Positions 32,801 through 46,484 of a DNA stretch of 64,000 bases are shown one piece after another (positions within the stretch are counted from its first letter, which is position 1; every line of letters starts with the position of its first letter). This DNA is from Magallana gigas. Taxonomy: Eukaryota. Made by a program: the position numbers and the translations under genes. The stretch covers positions 44,578,001-44,642,000 of the forward strand of contig NC_088854.1 in the NCBI RefSeq assembly GCF_963853765.1, given 5' to 3'. The notes beneath the pieces were generated by a model. The model saw only the letters and a list, made by a program, of their open reading frames with translations, ran no database searches and was not told the DNA's origin.

Positions 32801-35800
32801 TCAGGACCCAGGGAGACCAGCTTAGTTCCAGCACTGTCTCTGGCAAAAGCAGACACATCATGTGCTGTTGCTCTTCCTTAAATAAAAAAACAGAATCATC
32901 AATTTGATTTTGCTTTCTTCACTATCATACAGTGAAACATGCTTACAGCAAGATCAAAGAATACAAGTCATTTAATTAAATACAGGTCAATTAACAAGCA
33001 TTAAGAAGCAAATGGTACCATAATAAATCTCATATCCTCCACTTCTTTTGAAGACATAAAATGCTGGGAATTTGTTGACATGAAGCTTTCTGCAGATTTC
33101 CCAAAGTTTCCTGCAATTGACTCTTCCTACCTAGTGCATAAATTAAATAATTAATGACTTGATGAATTTAAATCTGGGCAAATTCTAATGTCTCAAATTA
33201 TCTTTCTTCATGCACAATTGTGTCTGTGCATATTTAATACGGGGCGAAACTGTTTGACAATGTTTTAGGGCAAAAATTATATGAGGTGAAAATAGCACTG
33301 TTTACAGTAGTTATTATGCTATAAATTATCACTGAATGAATGAACTGACCCTGAACTCTGGCAGCATGGCGGGTAGTTTCCTGAACTCGATATCCTGATG
33401 TTCCTCATCATCCACAAAATGGATCAACCAGTTCTTCTCCTGTCCCTTTGACATCCTCCTTATTATGTTCTTAATTAAAATAACAAATGATATTATTTTA
33501 ATACTTACATGGTAAATATTGATATCTGAATGGTTTAGATGCAGTTTATAATCTGTTCTATTACCCTTAGCATTAGCAACACACTTGGCAACGGGTAACA
33601 CTATATAAATAGTGCCTGTTTGGGAGGGTAACAGTTGAAATTGACAACCCGAGAAAACCATTGTCAACCGACGCTTCGCGTCCGGTTCGGTTGACAATGC
33701 ATGGTTTTCTCGGGTTGTCAATTTCAACTGTTACCCAAACAGGCACTATTTATATATTATTATACATGTACTTTCATGTTAAATACTGAAATCTGATTGG
33801 ATTAGACGCAGTTGGTAATCCTTTCTATTACCCTCAGCGTTAGCAACCCACTTGGCAACGGGTAACACAACGAATTGTTACATGCGTGTAAATTATGTGT
33901 GCACGGTTCACCGTAGAATTCACTTCATTTCTATATAAAAGCAGTAAAATTTCTTTAAAATTAAGACATTCAGTATAATAAATAGTGCCTGTTTGGGAGG
34001 GTAACTGTTGAAATTGACACCCCTCGAAAACCATTGTCAACATCCGCTTCGCGTCGGTTGACAATGGTTTTCTCGGGGTGTCAATTTCAACAGTTACCCT
34101 CTCAAACAGGCACTATTTATATAATGTTACCCGTTGCCAAATGTGTTGCTAACGCTGAGAGTAATAGAACGGATTACCAACTGCATCTAAACCGATCAGA
34201 TTTCAGCCCTCCCAAACCGGCACTATTTATATATTGCTAACTTCACCAAAGTTTCATAATAATATGATTTGATTCATGAAATTTTGATATTTCAAAAATT
34301 TAGATTCATTTACAGAGTGAACTACATGCAGGTCAGATGTAGGAGTAAAAGTGCAAAATATGTGGTCATGCAAGCATTGAATTGTGGGCAAAGAGAAAAG
34401 AAAGTCAGTCGAAACAGACATGACAAAAAAATTCATATTTTTATATCACAAACATGCAACTATGCTATTCAATAATAACAAAATTCAAGTATTAACCTGT
34501 ATTCATTGGACATAAAACATTTCTCACCTCAAATATATCCTTGTTGAGATTTTGAACATCAGGGAGCTGAGACATCACCTGGAAAGCTATTTCTTGAGGA
34601 TCTGCTCCAGAGATTTCCTTTTCGAACAGAAATATACACATCTTATTTATTTCAATGATAGATATTTATCAATTTTCTTGATTGTCCAATGTGTGTTTGA
34701 TTTTAAAAGAAAAGGGAGACAACAAGTGAAACAAAGATACAGACAGAAACTAAAACAGAATACTGTGGCTAACTTACAATGCCTTTATCTTTCTCCACAC
34801 CCTCTGTTCCATAGTAGATAATCCCATGCTCCCTGCCTAGTTTGTCACACAGGTTTTCATTGTGTTTACATCTCAGTGTTCCAAAGTTCACCACATCTGA
34901 CTAAAGAATTAAGAAGTACACATTATTTAAACGTTGTGACATTTCAAAACTTTCTCACAATATCATCAATATCCATATTTTACAGTTCCTGGGCAATGAC
35001 AGTGTTATACTTACCAGAATGGCCGCCAGCTTTAGTCTGTTAGTTTTTGATAAACATGCTTTAAAAAAAAACAACAACAAAAATTATGATTACCTGTATA
35101 AGTACTTAACAATGCATATAAAAACAATATTTGAATATCTAGTGAATGATTTTTTAGCATTAGAGGATAATTTTTTCCTAACTTTCTAGCTATATCTTTA
35201 AATCTATTTGCTTTGATAAAATTGCATACAACCAATTACTGCTAAAGCACAATTTTTCCTTGAGGCACTTGTTGGTTAATTAGCATGAAATCAAATAAAT
35301 AAATTTTTCTTCCATCACAACACAATGTTTTTTAATCTGATATTGAAATAAAATACTTAAAGAACTTTACCTACCTTCTTCTCCACAGAATGCAATCATC
35401 CATGGTTTCTCTAATCGCTCATCCAAAGACTTCTGAAAATTTCCATCCCACAATTCAACCACCTCTGCCTTGACAAACTTCAAGGCATGCTTGACAAGAT
35501 CACGGTTTTCTCTGCTGCCATGGTATTTCTCTCTCTATTAAATTGAAACAGAAAAAGTTTCAGAAATAAGATGATTCATTTGTTACATGTATATGTACTT
35601 CAAGACAGAATTTTTAAAAAATTGGAGAGTTGCACCTAAACTGATCTTGATCTATTTAGATTCAATGTGGCAGAGGGTGAATTTTATGTTGCAAATAATA
35701 TCTCTGTTACCACAACTTTTTCTGGGTGAATTCAAGACAGGGCGAAACTGTTTGCAAATGTAATAGGGCGAAAATTACACGGAGCGAAAATAACCCTGTA

Positions 35801-37584
35801 TACAGTAACATGAATACTTACAGCTGGGAACATGACGAGTGACGGGAAGGAGTGGATGCCGTTTTGTCGACAGAGCATGAAATCGTCCTCACAGTTGACA
35901 GCTCCGATACGTATAACCCCCTCCAATTCCTTAGCAACCTCTCTCCACTATCAAAAAGAACATTTTTAAAAATTAAGCACCATTTTGCCTCTCTTTCACC
36001 TCATTAAACAAAAGTTTATATATTGAGATTTTATTTCAAATTCATAGTTTGCTGCAGCTTACAGACACAGGAAGTTTTCTCTATGTGTCTTGTGTGAGAT
36101 AAGTGTCAAATAAGCATACCCATTAGTTTCTATGGGCAGATTAAAAATTCAATCTTGGACATTTTGAAATCAAATTCCATAATCTTAAGATGATCATAAC
36201 AGTTCATGCTGCTTTAAGATGAAAGCTTTGTCTTATTGTTATGAATTATAGAATTGATAATATAAACCCTCGTTAACACCAAGCACCATTTTAATTAAAG
36301 TAAAAAATATAAACCTGCTTGCTAAAAAATCTACAAATACATGTATACAGCATGTCATGTGTTTAATAATTTTCTCAATTTCAATTTGAATTTCGCAATG
36401 TACAAATTTATCAAAGGCTTTCTAAGAATTGCTTGTGATTAGCAAACTTTCTAGGTATTTCAGAATATGTACAAAATACATTAGTTATATATTGTTACAA
36501 GGGTGAACAGATTACTTACAGTTGGAGCCAGTTCGTGACAGTGTGAACAGTGAGGCGAGTAGAAGTTGATAAACCAAATGTCCTCTGTACCATCCACTGA
36601 CTGCTCTGCATAACAATGATATACATGCATGTTGAATATATAATACAGATCTAAAAAATTAATAATGTACACTTACAGTATATGTTTCTTAATTTTAATT
36701 CACCTTTTCATCTTCAATTTGTAGCATGAATAGCTTTGTATCTAAATATTTAAACTCTTCTGTCATAAACTGATCTTGTTCATCAAGATATCAACATACC
36801 AAAATCTGAACGACTTAGAGTGATTATTTCTTGGTCATCATCATATATTCCTGAAATGAGAGGAAAAATTTGTTTTCAGTAGAATAAAATATGAAAACAA
36901 CTGATCATACAATGTTTTGAAAAATCTCATTCTTATGAATTATAGGAATAAGTCATCTCTGACATAAATACAAATGCTCCTTAATTTCTTTTAGAATGAA
37001 CAATGTTTAACAATTTGCTAATTCGATGACAGAGTTTGAAATTGAAAGCATAAAAAGATAAGATTTTCTACCAAATTCCTCATTGTAAAAGTGCCAGCTC
37101 TCATATTGCCCTCCTCCGTGGAAGTCCTCCTTAAGCCCCTCCTCTCCATGCATGTCATATTTCTTCCGTAAATCCTCATCCTTCAGGACCTCATAGGCAC
37201 GTGTTATTTTTAGGAAGTTGTCATGGGCTTTGGAATCTTCCTACAAACAGAGGAGATAAAACAAAATTCTATCAAATATTACAAATTAAGGTTTAAAGTA
37301 CTCTAACTAACTTTTAATCACAATGACTTTATTTGGTTGCTAAATAGTAATACATGTACATCTATTGAATAATTTTACATGCACCTATAAAAGACAAAAA
37401 TTTTTAATTGAGTCCTCACCGGGTTCTTATCTGGGTGTTTGGTTATAGCAAGCTTCTTAAAGGCTTTCCGGATTTCTTTGGTTGTTGCAGATCTCTCTAC
37501 CCCCAACAGCAGATAGAAATCCTCCCCGGCCAGTACCCCCAACAAAGCCACCAGACACCAGACCAAGATCCTCATACAGTGCAT
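29899..37584 (-). CDS. DNAJC10: DnaJ homolog subfamily C member 10 (ERdj5), ER J-domain/thioredoxin disulfide reductase, 791 aa
   Basis: 20 exons (minus strand): 37420-37584, 37072-37240, 36800-36850, 36520-36605, 35822-35947, 35375-35534, 35015-35058, 34778-34900, 34528-34617, 33350-33469, 33019-33130, 32734-32876, 32460-32576, 32231-32332, 31736-31891, 31365-31504, 30699-30906, 30453-30584, 30182-30268, 29899-29943. Total 2376 nt. Signal peptide, J domain with HPD, four CXXC motifs (CSHC, CPPC, CGPC, CNHC) and C-terminal HDEL. Confidence 0.96.
31101..31321. mobile_element. TA-flanked MITE with 27-bp TIRs in a DNAJC10 intron
   Basis: TACTGTAGATTCCTTATTTTATGCGAG versus the reverse complement of the right end, TACTGTAAATTCCTAATTAAATGCGAG. 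Confidence 0.8.
33521..34233. mobile_element. Composite cluster of the hairpin element family in a DNAJC10 intron
   Basis: Internally deleted copy 33521-33756, full copy 33769-34123, inverted 5' arm 34124-34206 and terminal fragment 34207-34233. Confidence 0.85.
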
Positions 37585-40139
37585 TGTTCTGATCTCTGTG
37601 TCTACAATGAGAAAATTAAGATATAGATACATTTCAGTTTTATATTAAGTGAATAAATTAACTGTCAGTTTTATATTAAGTAAATAAACTGCCTGTACCA
37701 GACAATGTCATGCAATGACTGTGAAGGTAACTTTTATAACTAAAATACATTTGCATATTTTGTGAAATAAAAGTAGATTAAATCACAATCAAATGTAAGC
37801 AGTAGTTATTCAAGTATAAGAGCAGATATTCAAGTATGCTGAGTATAATCAAATTTACAATATCAAAATAAACTACATGTACATACATGGATTGATCATG
37901 ATAAATTTGAATTATGATATATTTGTAATTTAAAAAAATTAAATAAATCTTATATTAACTAACTATTTGGCGGTTATTAAGGTCGTTTTTTTTTTAAACA
38001 AAATTATAACCCACAAAATCAATTAAACCTTGACTATAAGTTGAGAAATATAATGCTTACCCATGGGTATGTTGATGTTGAAGAAAAAATATTATAACTT
38101 TACAAACATGTAAGCATAAAAAACTTTCAGGGTATCTTTGCTTCTACAGAAATATCAAGGGTACCAATCAAATTTATTCAGACTCAATCTTAGAATTGAA
38201 CTATTGGCAGTGTGTTTTCAGTGTCAGATTATGAAATCATTTGTAAAATCATTAGATGATATATAGTTATGGATCTTGGAGGGGGGGGGGGGTCAATAAA
38301 ACATCAATTTTTCACACAATAAGCACTCGATCTCCTTTCAAAAAATACATATTCGCTTTATATACATACAAAAAAATATTTAAGGAAGTTTTTGCTGAGA
38401 TTGGGATCATTTCCATTATGCAATGCCTGTAAATATTTGATCCATCCTAATTAAGGTTAATTATAAAATGTTTTGATCCATGCTTAATCCTATATTCCCT
38501 GTCTCAAAATAATCCTCAAATACATGTACATGTATTACGAAGCGGCATTCCTAAAGTTGATTAAAAAAAATAAATACTAATTTATAGGGCACATTACATT
38601 AGTTTTAAAACATTCCACGGATTTATTACCTCTGGGCCAGTATATGTTAATGGATAACAGGTCTGTTAAATGTTAATCCAGGAAGTGGATATAACGTATT
38701 TTTTTTTAGCAATTTCATGAGTTGCTGCATGCGTGTTTTATTCTTTCAACAATGTGTCTGAAGCCAGTCACCTTAGTCATACATTTAGTACCAGTAGTTT
38801 CTTCTGAAAAAATATCGACCGAGCCCTCATATGTTTCAGATAGTCATATGTTCCCCAGAGTCAATTTTCATCACGTTAGTTTAATTTATACCCAAAAATG
38901 ACATCATTTTTATTCTTTACAACACTGGATATACAGAATCTCCCTGTGTCCTTATATACATCTTCACCGCACAAGTTATTGTATTGTATTGCAAAGGTTT
39001 AAATCACACAATTGCTCAAGAGACTGATAAAAAAAGTATTTTTCAATATTATTTAAAGTCATTTAAATTGCCTAAAATCCTAACTATATATATTAAGTAA
39101 ACACATTATCTAAACTGTAGTTTTTTGTCTGGTAATATATGTACTTCTGATTGCGTTTGTTCATGCTAAAATTATCAAATAACTATGCAAATATTTTTTT
39201 AGTATCAAAGCCATGAAACACTATTAATTAAGCGCTTTCTGAAATATAAATGTACTGTAACTAATATAATCATACAAATTATGGAATTGTATTGTGATTA
39301 AGTGATGATATGTATACATATATAATGTAATAGTTGAATGGTATAAGTTGAATGAAAGCTTTAAAAACCATTGAAAATATTGTAATTTATATTCATATGG
39401 TTATGTCACTTTTATTTTAACTACCGGTATTTTGAATAAATTTGATGATGAATTATACTACATGTATTGAAAACATGTGACTCGATCTCATCTTCATTGG
39501 TCAAATATGTGGCATCAAGTCAATTTAGTATACAGTATTTACACCTAGAAACTGCATATGATGATGACTTTTCTTAGTATCGTCGATTTTCTATGCTATG
39601 TCTGAGGTTAAAAATATTGTGATCTATAAACATGCTAAATATATTTAAGTGACAAACAATAGGGGTATTATAGTGTTTAGTGCATGAATGTGATTGTTAG
39701 ACTATCCATGCAAAACCCATGACACCAGGAATGAGGATGCAACTGTTCATTTTGATCTCTCACTTGTACATGCATCCTAGGCAGATTTTTAACACCAAGC
39801 TTCAAAGTTTTATAAAAGGAAAAAAGGCAAGATAATATCAAAGAGTTTGAAAGTGAAATTAGAATATAACTACGTATACAGTGTATGATTGCTTCTTACT
39901 GAAAAGCCATTAGTCCAATCTCAAGACATTATTAGTGTTGCACTTTATATCATTTTTGAAACATTATCCAATATCCTGAGTTAACATTTACCCGTTTAAC
40001 TTAAGAAGTTTATGCAGATTGCGTTTTTAGTGAAAGTTTAATCAGATACCTCTGGTTTAATGAAATTCGTTTCATTCTCACGTAGGGAAGTACATCTGCA
40101 GTTGTATAAGATGCGCTATAAAACATTCAATTCCTTTAC

Positions 40140-40350
40140 CTACCCTTTTCATTCACCTTTCACTCCGTGACGTTTCTCCAACTTGCCATTGATTAGATAA
40201 AGTTACATGTGGGTGACAGCTGTAGTAAATGTCAACACGTGTAACTACGCATGCGCAAATGGTAATCGTACTCCAAGCATTTTACGTTCAAGTTGTCTTT
40301 TTATAAATCGCGAATCGTTTTTGGATCAAATTGATTTCATAACATTAGGT
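40140..40350. promoter_or_regulatory. Probable bidirectional promoter shared by DNAJC10 and DCTN5
   Basis: Divergent non-coding-exon donors: minus GGTAG|GTAAAG at 40140/40139 and plus TTAG|GTAGAT at 40348/40349. Between them lie an NRF1-like TACGCATGCGCA (40246-40257), CACGTG (40236-40241), TGACGT and TCGCGA. Confidence 0.6.
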
Positions 40351-40413
40351 AGATTTTTATAATTTTGTCATTTATGGTGATATTTAGAAGCGAAGTATTT
40401 GGTTAAACAAGTA

Positions 40414-43257
40414 ATGGAGCTGCAGGACGAGTTTTATAGCAATGCTGAGTATATTGAAACGGTATGTGTGGTTAAATATTATGTGAAAAACACAGTTCAA
40501 ATTATCTCGTCTTTACAGATTTACTGGGGGGAAAAAACCAAAAAAGAAACTGACAGTTAATGTCAGACAACTTCCATTTTTTCACTGGCTGAATTTTTAT
40601 TACAGGCATCTGGAAATAAAGTGAGCAGACAGTCCGTCCTCTGTGGAAGTCAGAATATAGTAATAAATGGAAAAGTAAGATACAGCTGGGTTGTTGAATT
40701 CACAAGCCTACTGCAGTATACATGCTGAATCACAGAGACTTCTTATCCCACACTACTAAATTTCAAATGTTAATTAAAGTACATGTTGAAATAGAATAGT
40801 ACTACGGAATTAACGCATATTGTATAAATTGAAGAGAGATGTGTCGGATAAGATGCCCCCTTGTCATGGTTGTTGAAATGTGTTTTTACAGCACATATCA
40901 ATATTATATCATCATTTATAATCTCTGACACCTGAGAAACTGAATTTGCTATGCTTACTGTACATGAAAATTCCAGGGAATAAGAAGTATTTAGCTTCCT
41001 TTATATCTTTACATATACATGATATAATATTAGGTATTTACTTAAATTATCTGTCAGATGACATGATGATTGACATTAATGATAATCTAGTTGTTGTTTT
41101 TTTTATTCCAAATCTTTCTATAATTTTCATTACAGACCATTATTATGACAGATTGTGTAATTCGGGGAGATTTAGCCAATGTTAGAATTGGAAGACACTG
41201 TGTTGTCAGTAAAAGGGCTGTGATAAGGCCACCATTTAAGAAGTTTAGTAAAGGGTAAGTTCAATGATAAATCAAACAAAAAATGTTGAATTGTATCTTT
41301 TTTTGTATAATTATACTATTATACCTTCAGTATCATACTCGTTTTTTTTTACAGTATACATACTGTATGTTTACTGTAAAAAAAAACTTTCAATTGTATA
41401 TCAGAGAATTTTGAAATGGAAGTTTGCAAGAATGTCCTAAGTAGCAAATATTTCTCATTTCAAATGTGTACTAGCTAGTCGTTAAATGGAGTGCATGTAC
41501 TTATATGTATTTAAGTTTATGGGCAGTTAATGGGCTTTTTTATGATGGTCATTTGTCGTGAACTATATGATTAAAATGCTGGTTAATCAAGAATTAAAGT
41601 CGATCACCATGTTGTAGTCTTAATTACCAAGAACAAAGATACATTATATTATTGTTCTACAGTGTTGCTTTCTTTCCCCTTCATATTGGAGATCATGTTT
41701 TCATTGGAGAGGACTCCATTGTAAATGCAGCACAAGTTGGAAATTATGTTCACATTGGGAAAAATTGTGTTATAGTGAGTAATTTACAGAATATTTATAT
41801 TAAAGACTCTTAAAATCTCATTTGTATCTCCACTATTTTTGAATACTTCTAATGGAAATTGTGCTAGATTGCCCTCAGTATAATGAAATTTATTATATTT
41901 AAAAATGTTCAACCATTAAATATATAAGTATTCTGACATAGTATATTGTAACACTTCATTTATCAATTTTGAACATTGATATCGTCAATCTTCTCTAACA
42001 TTAATCTGAACAAACTCTTCAGTATAAAATCAGTCTCAACTACGGTACCAACTAAAGAAGTGATCAGCAACAAAATACTAACCACAATTTTTTTTAAAAA
42101 TCTGTAAGAACAAGTACATTCTGTTTGTACACGTACATACAAAAAAGACTATTTCTTTGCTAGTGGAAAAACATGTATGTATAGCATAGTACATGTACAA
42201 TGTTGGATAACTGCAGATAATTATAACCCCTCTGCACAACATGCTTTATATTTCAGGGTAGGCGATGTGTGCTGAAGGATTGCTGTGCTATCGCTGATGA
42301 CACTGTGCTTCCACCTGAGACGGTGGTGCCACCCTTCACAGTGTTCTCAGGCTCTCCAGGTTTGTCAATTCTGATTAGAGATAAAACTTTCACCATATTA
42401 AGAGGGCTGGATGGTGATGGGAATTTTTAGGATATATTTACCTCTTTTAGACAAAGAGTTTTGTAAAAAGATATAGAAAAATGTTCAACTTTTAAAGCTA
42501 AAATATATACATTACTAAAATGTTTTCTTTATTAAATGAAGATTTATATATAATTATGGCCCAATTTTAATATCATGTTTTAAAGCTTACAGCAGATCTG
42601 ATGGTTAATTGTTGACCACCCAGCCTCCTTAAAGTATAATTACTGCTGAATCCATTGAATTCAAGCACGGTGACTTCATTTTCATGGATTTTTTGGGCAC
42701 CTCAAGCCCTCCAGGTCAATCTCTTTTAAGTCTCTCTGTGGTATGGTAGATAATTCCTTCTGCATGAAATTATTATGTCAGAATGCAGAATCATTAGAAT
42801 ATATGGTGGCATAATTGCCTTGAATTTTGTTGGTATATATCCTAATCACCCAATTGACCCAAATCATAAATGAATATGAAACATTATATTCATTTATAAA
42901 TGATGTATGATAGTCCATGAAATTACACCTTCATAAACTGTGAAATAACAGACATTCCACAAAAATTTGCACTTTAATTTTTTTAATGATTCCACAGTAA
43001 GTTCTTAAAATTACATTGTACATGTATTTGTTTTCATAAAAGCAAAACACTCTATTTTGTTTAGGGAGATGTTGCATCTGAAATGCAAGACATTATGCAT
43101 TTATCCTAATTTCTTATCTTTAATGTTTGTTTTTATAGGGCAGTTTACTGAAGAGCTGCCAGAATGTACCCAAGATCTGATGGTTGATGTTACCATGAGC
43201 TATTACCAGCATTTTAAAGCCACACCTTCCAGTAAGACAAAAGAGAGGAATAAATAG
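40414..43257 (+). CDS. DCTN5: Dynactin subunit 5 (p25), 189 aa
   Basis: 6 exons: 40414-40461, 40606-40674, 41136-41254, 41663-41774, 42257-42359, 43139-43257 (570 nt). Translation [34 protein letters not shown]...[24 protein letters not shown]...[13 protein letters not shown] matches the known left-handed beta-helix p25 sequence. Confidence 0.96.
42402..42628. mobile_element. TTAA-flanked MITE (Kolobok-like) in DCTN5 intron 5
   Basis: TTAA|GAGGGCTGGATGGTGA ... TGACCACCCAGCCTCC|TTAA. Confidence 0.7.
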
Positions 43258-46200
43258 GTAAGCTCTGAAAAATTACCAGTACTCTTACATGGATAATGTA
43301 ATGCATTAGATGGATGTACTTTTAATTTAATTTGTATTAAGCTGTATATTTTGCTCAGTTGTTTGAAAAAAAAAATCATTTTATTTCAGATTTGGAGACT
43401 ATGAACAAGGGGCCATGATCTAGTGCAATATAATTATGTGGATTAATTTATGAAGTGGAGGAAAAGCCGTCAAATATATCACGTATATCTTATGAACTCT
43501 ATAAGTGCATCATTATCGTGGACACACAAGTGCTTATATATTATGTTTTGTTTTTTGTCTGCCATTATGTATGACTTACATGTATCCTATAAAACGAAAA
43601 ACAACAGCAACTCAAAGTGTTTCTTTTCAATTTGAAATGAAAAAAAAACCATTTTATTAAATACTAGTATGAAAAGTGTAAAATTGTCATCGTTATTTGA
43701 GTTTTGCTCAAATTACTGCAAGGTACATGTATGTAAGCACCTTTGCTTGAAGAGGGTAATTTCATAAGATACATGTACATGTACTATCAGAAATCTTGAG
43801 CAACTCAAAATGTGAAACAGTACCTGAAAAAAGTGCTATTGAAAAAGATGGATTATTTGTAATACTGAAAATTCACAAAATTCAAGAGTAATGTCTCTTT
43901 CCTAAGTAGATCTCTTCAGTGTTTTCCCCAGACCGCCATGCATTAAAGATTCCCCGCCATGCATCACAAAGTGCCGCCATGCTTCCCACTATGCATGTTT
44001 ATTTCAAAGCAAAATTCGAAGATCATCTGACACAATTTTGCAAAACTTAAATGCAACCAATATTCTGTCACCTATTAGATCAGTTCAATGTATGCGAGAA
44101 AAGTCTATAGGTCTTAATTATTTTCTTGAGGACCGATATATTAAAACCCAGCTTTAAAAAGGTCAATTTTTGCACCTGCAAGTCCTCAAATCCATACACT
44201 TGAGACATGTTCAGTGACTTTAACACAGCAATGATATGAACATTTGTAAATCAATGAGTACATGACCACCTATTTAATTTTCACAGTTTTTACAGTCACA
44301 CTTTCGTACATTGCAAAAAATATGGGTAATAATATTCAATGAATAAGTCTTTCTTACTTATATTTACATAATATTCAGTAATTGTACAATTAAATATTGA
44401 AATAGTCATTGATTATATTTATGAAACTATGCTCATAGTTTTATCTCGACGACACTGGAAAATGTAAATATAAGGGGTTATCCCCCTTTTTGTCATTCAA
44501 ACTCCACTCTAAATATTTGGATGTACATGTAATTAGTGGGTCATTTGAAGAAAAAAAATATACGTGTAATTTTTATGTATAATAATGTGACTTAATAAAT
44601 ATGTGTTTGGTCTTCAATGGTGCAGGGATAAATGGTAGGAAGAGGGTTTCTTGGATCGAGAGAATGGGTGGATGTGTATTGTGAGACATAACAATTTTTT
44701 AGTCATTTTTTAGAGATGAGTTGGTGGGGTTGGTTAATGGGTATGGCCTCGCAGACATTTGAATAAAAATTTTGTTATAGGTAAGATGTAAACATTGTAA
44801 ATTGTTACAATAAATTTTGCATTTTGCATTTTACATGCCAGAAGAGGGTAATGTTTAGATCCTTTATATGGTTGTATTATACATTATTACAATAACGTTA
44901 TCAAGGCTCTTAATTTGCCTTACTTATATGTTATCCTATCCTACTCATGTGTACCCTGTATCTTAGCCATGAAAGGCTTGAGGATGTAAAACCTCCAAAT
45001 GTTATATCAAATTATTTTCCATCACAAATCACATAAAATTTATTTTATGAATACACGAACATGGCCAAAAAGCATTTTAAGGTTCACTTAGTTTAACTTG
45101 GCACCAGATGAAAACTTGATGAATTTCTCTGGGGAAACCCATTCCATCATAAATCATATATCTTTTTTTTATTATTTAAATCCATTTTATATACATGCAT
45201 TTCATTTCCTGTGAAATTTGCTTCAGGCAAAGAAGATAATTATGAAAAAATGAATTTGCAATAAACCTCATGGATTTAATCTTGCTGTTGTTGCTGAATA
45301 TTGCATATTTTTTCAATATAGCTTATTCAATAAAATGTTGAGATTGATATCTGTACTGTAGCAATACATTTACCACAACAGAACTAATCTCGGCTCATGT
45401 AGCAAATAATTGTTTTTCGTCAATTCAAAATATTCCCTCCCAATCTCAAGTCTTATATATCTGATAAAAACCTTCAATAATATCTCTATAAGAGTGCAAA
45501 GATTTAAAATAACAATTAAATTTGCACTGATATATGTCAATACCTGTTGAAATATATACCTGTTATACAACTCCTCCAACACTGATCAACAATTAATATT
45601 ATGTACGTTTCCTGTTGACTGGGTTCACTTTATCATTACTATAGTCTCGAAAGTTTAAGGAAAGAAATGGAACATTGCAGAGCATTCCTCTCTACCACAG
45701 GCAATTGATTCATAACATATAGACTTATTTACTATAAACAATAGCACAATAAGCATACTTTATGAAATAAGTGCCTGCATGAGGATAGATCTGCATATGA
45801 GCAAGATTTTAACTTATTAAAAAGTAAGCACTTTTTTTATAAACAATTGCTTCCTTAAACCGAAAAACTTTCATTTCAAGTTCTTTATAATTTCATGATT
45901 TACTATCTGACAATAAACTAACATATTTTATGGCAACTATAATTTTAGCTATAACATGATTTGCGACAAGAAATACACACATAGATGATGATATTGCAAA
46001 CCTAGCTTATTTTTTCTTGCACAGAAACTTAAGTTCAAAACCTAGGTAACATTGACATTTAAATGAATTTATAACTTTATGCAAGTCAATCTTAATAATT
46101 TAGAAATTGACTATTGAATAAAGCACTGAATAAATTATACATGTAATCATTTATTGAACATCATTGGTCATTGAGAATCTGCAAAAGCAACACTTGACTA

Positions 46201-46484
46201 TGCAAAATATATGTTACTGTTATCAAAGGATTTCAAAGACTTTATTCTCAGCCATCAAATGGTGAATAGAAGAAAGTTATGATAAAATTATCACAGGAGG
46301 AATGTAGAAAGTTCCTTCAAAACAATTAGGAATAAATATGATAAGAAATAGAAGTAACTTGGACCCAGATTTACAACACATACATGTATGACTTTAGTTG
46401 TGAAACAAGTCATTTCACTACCTTAGTTTAAAAAATACAGTTGTTTTATGCCTTTGTAAAGATTGGAATGTTCGACATCAGAGG

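Noticed and set aside
39558-39605. ATGATGA...CTGA resembling a C/D box snoRNA
   Set aside because: It is only about 48 nt, lacks a terminal stem, and is antisense to the host intron (DNAJC10 is on the minus strand).
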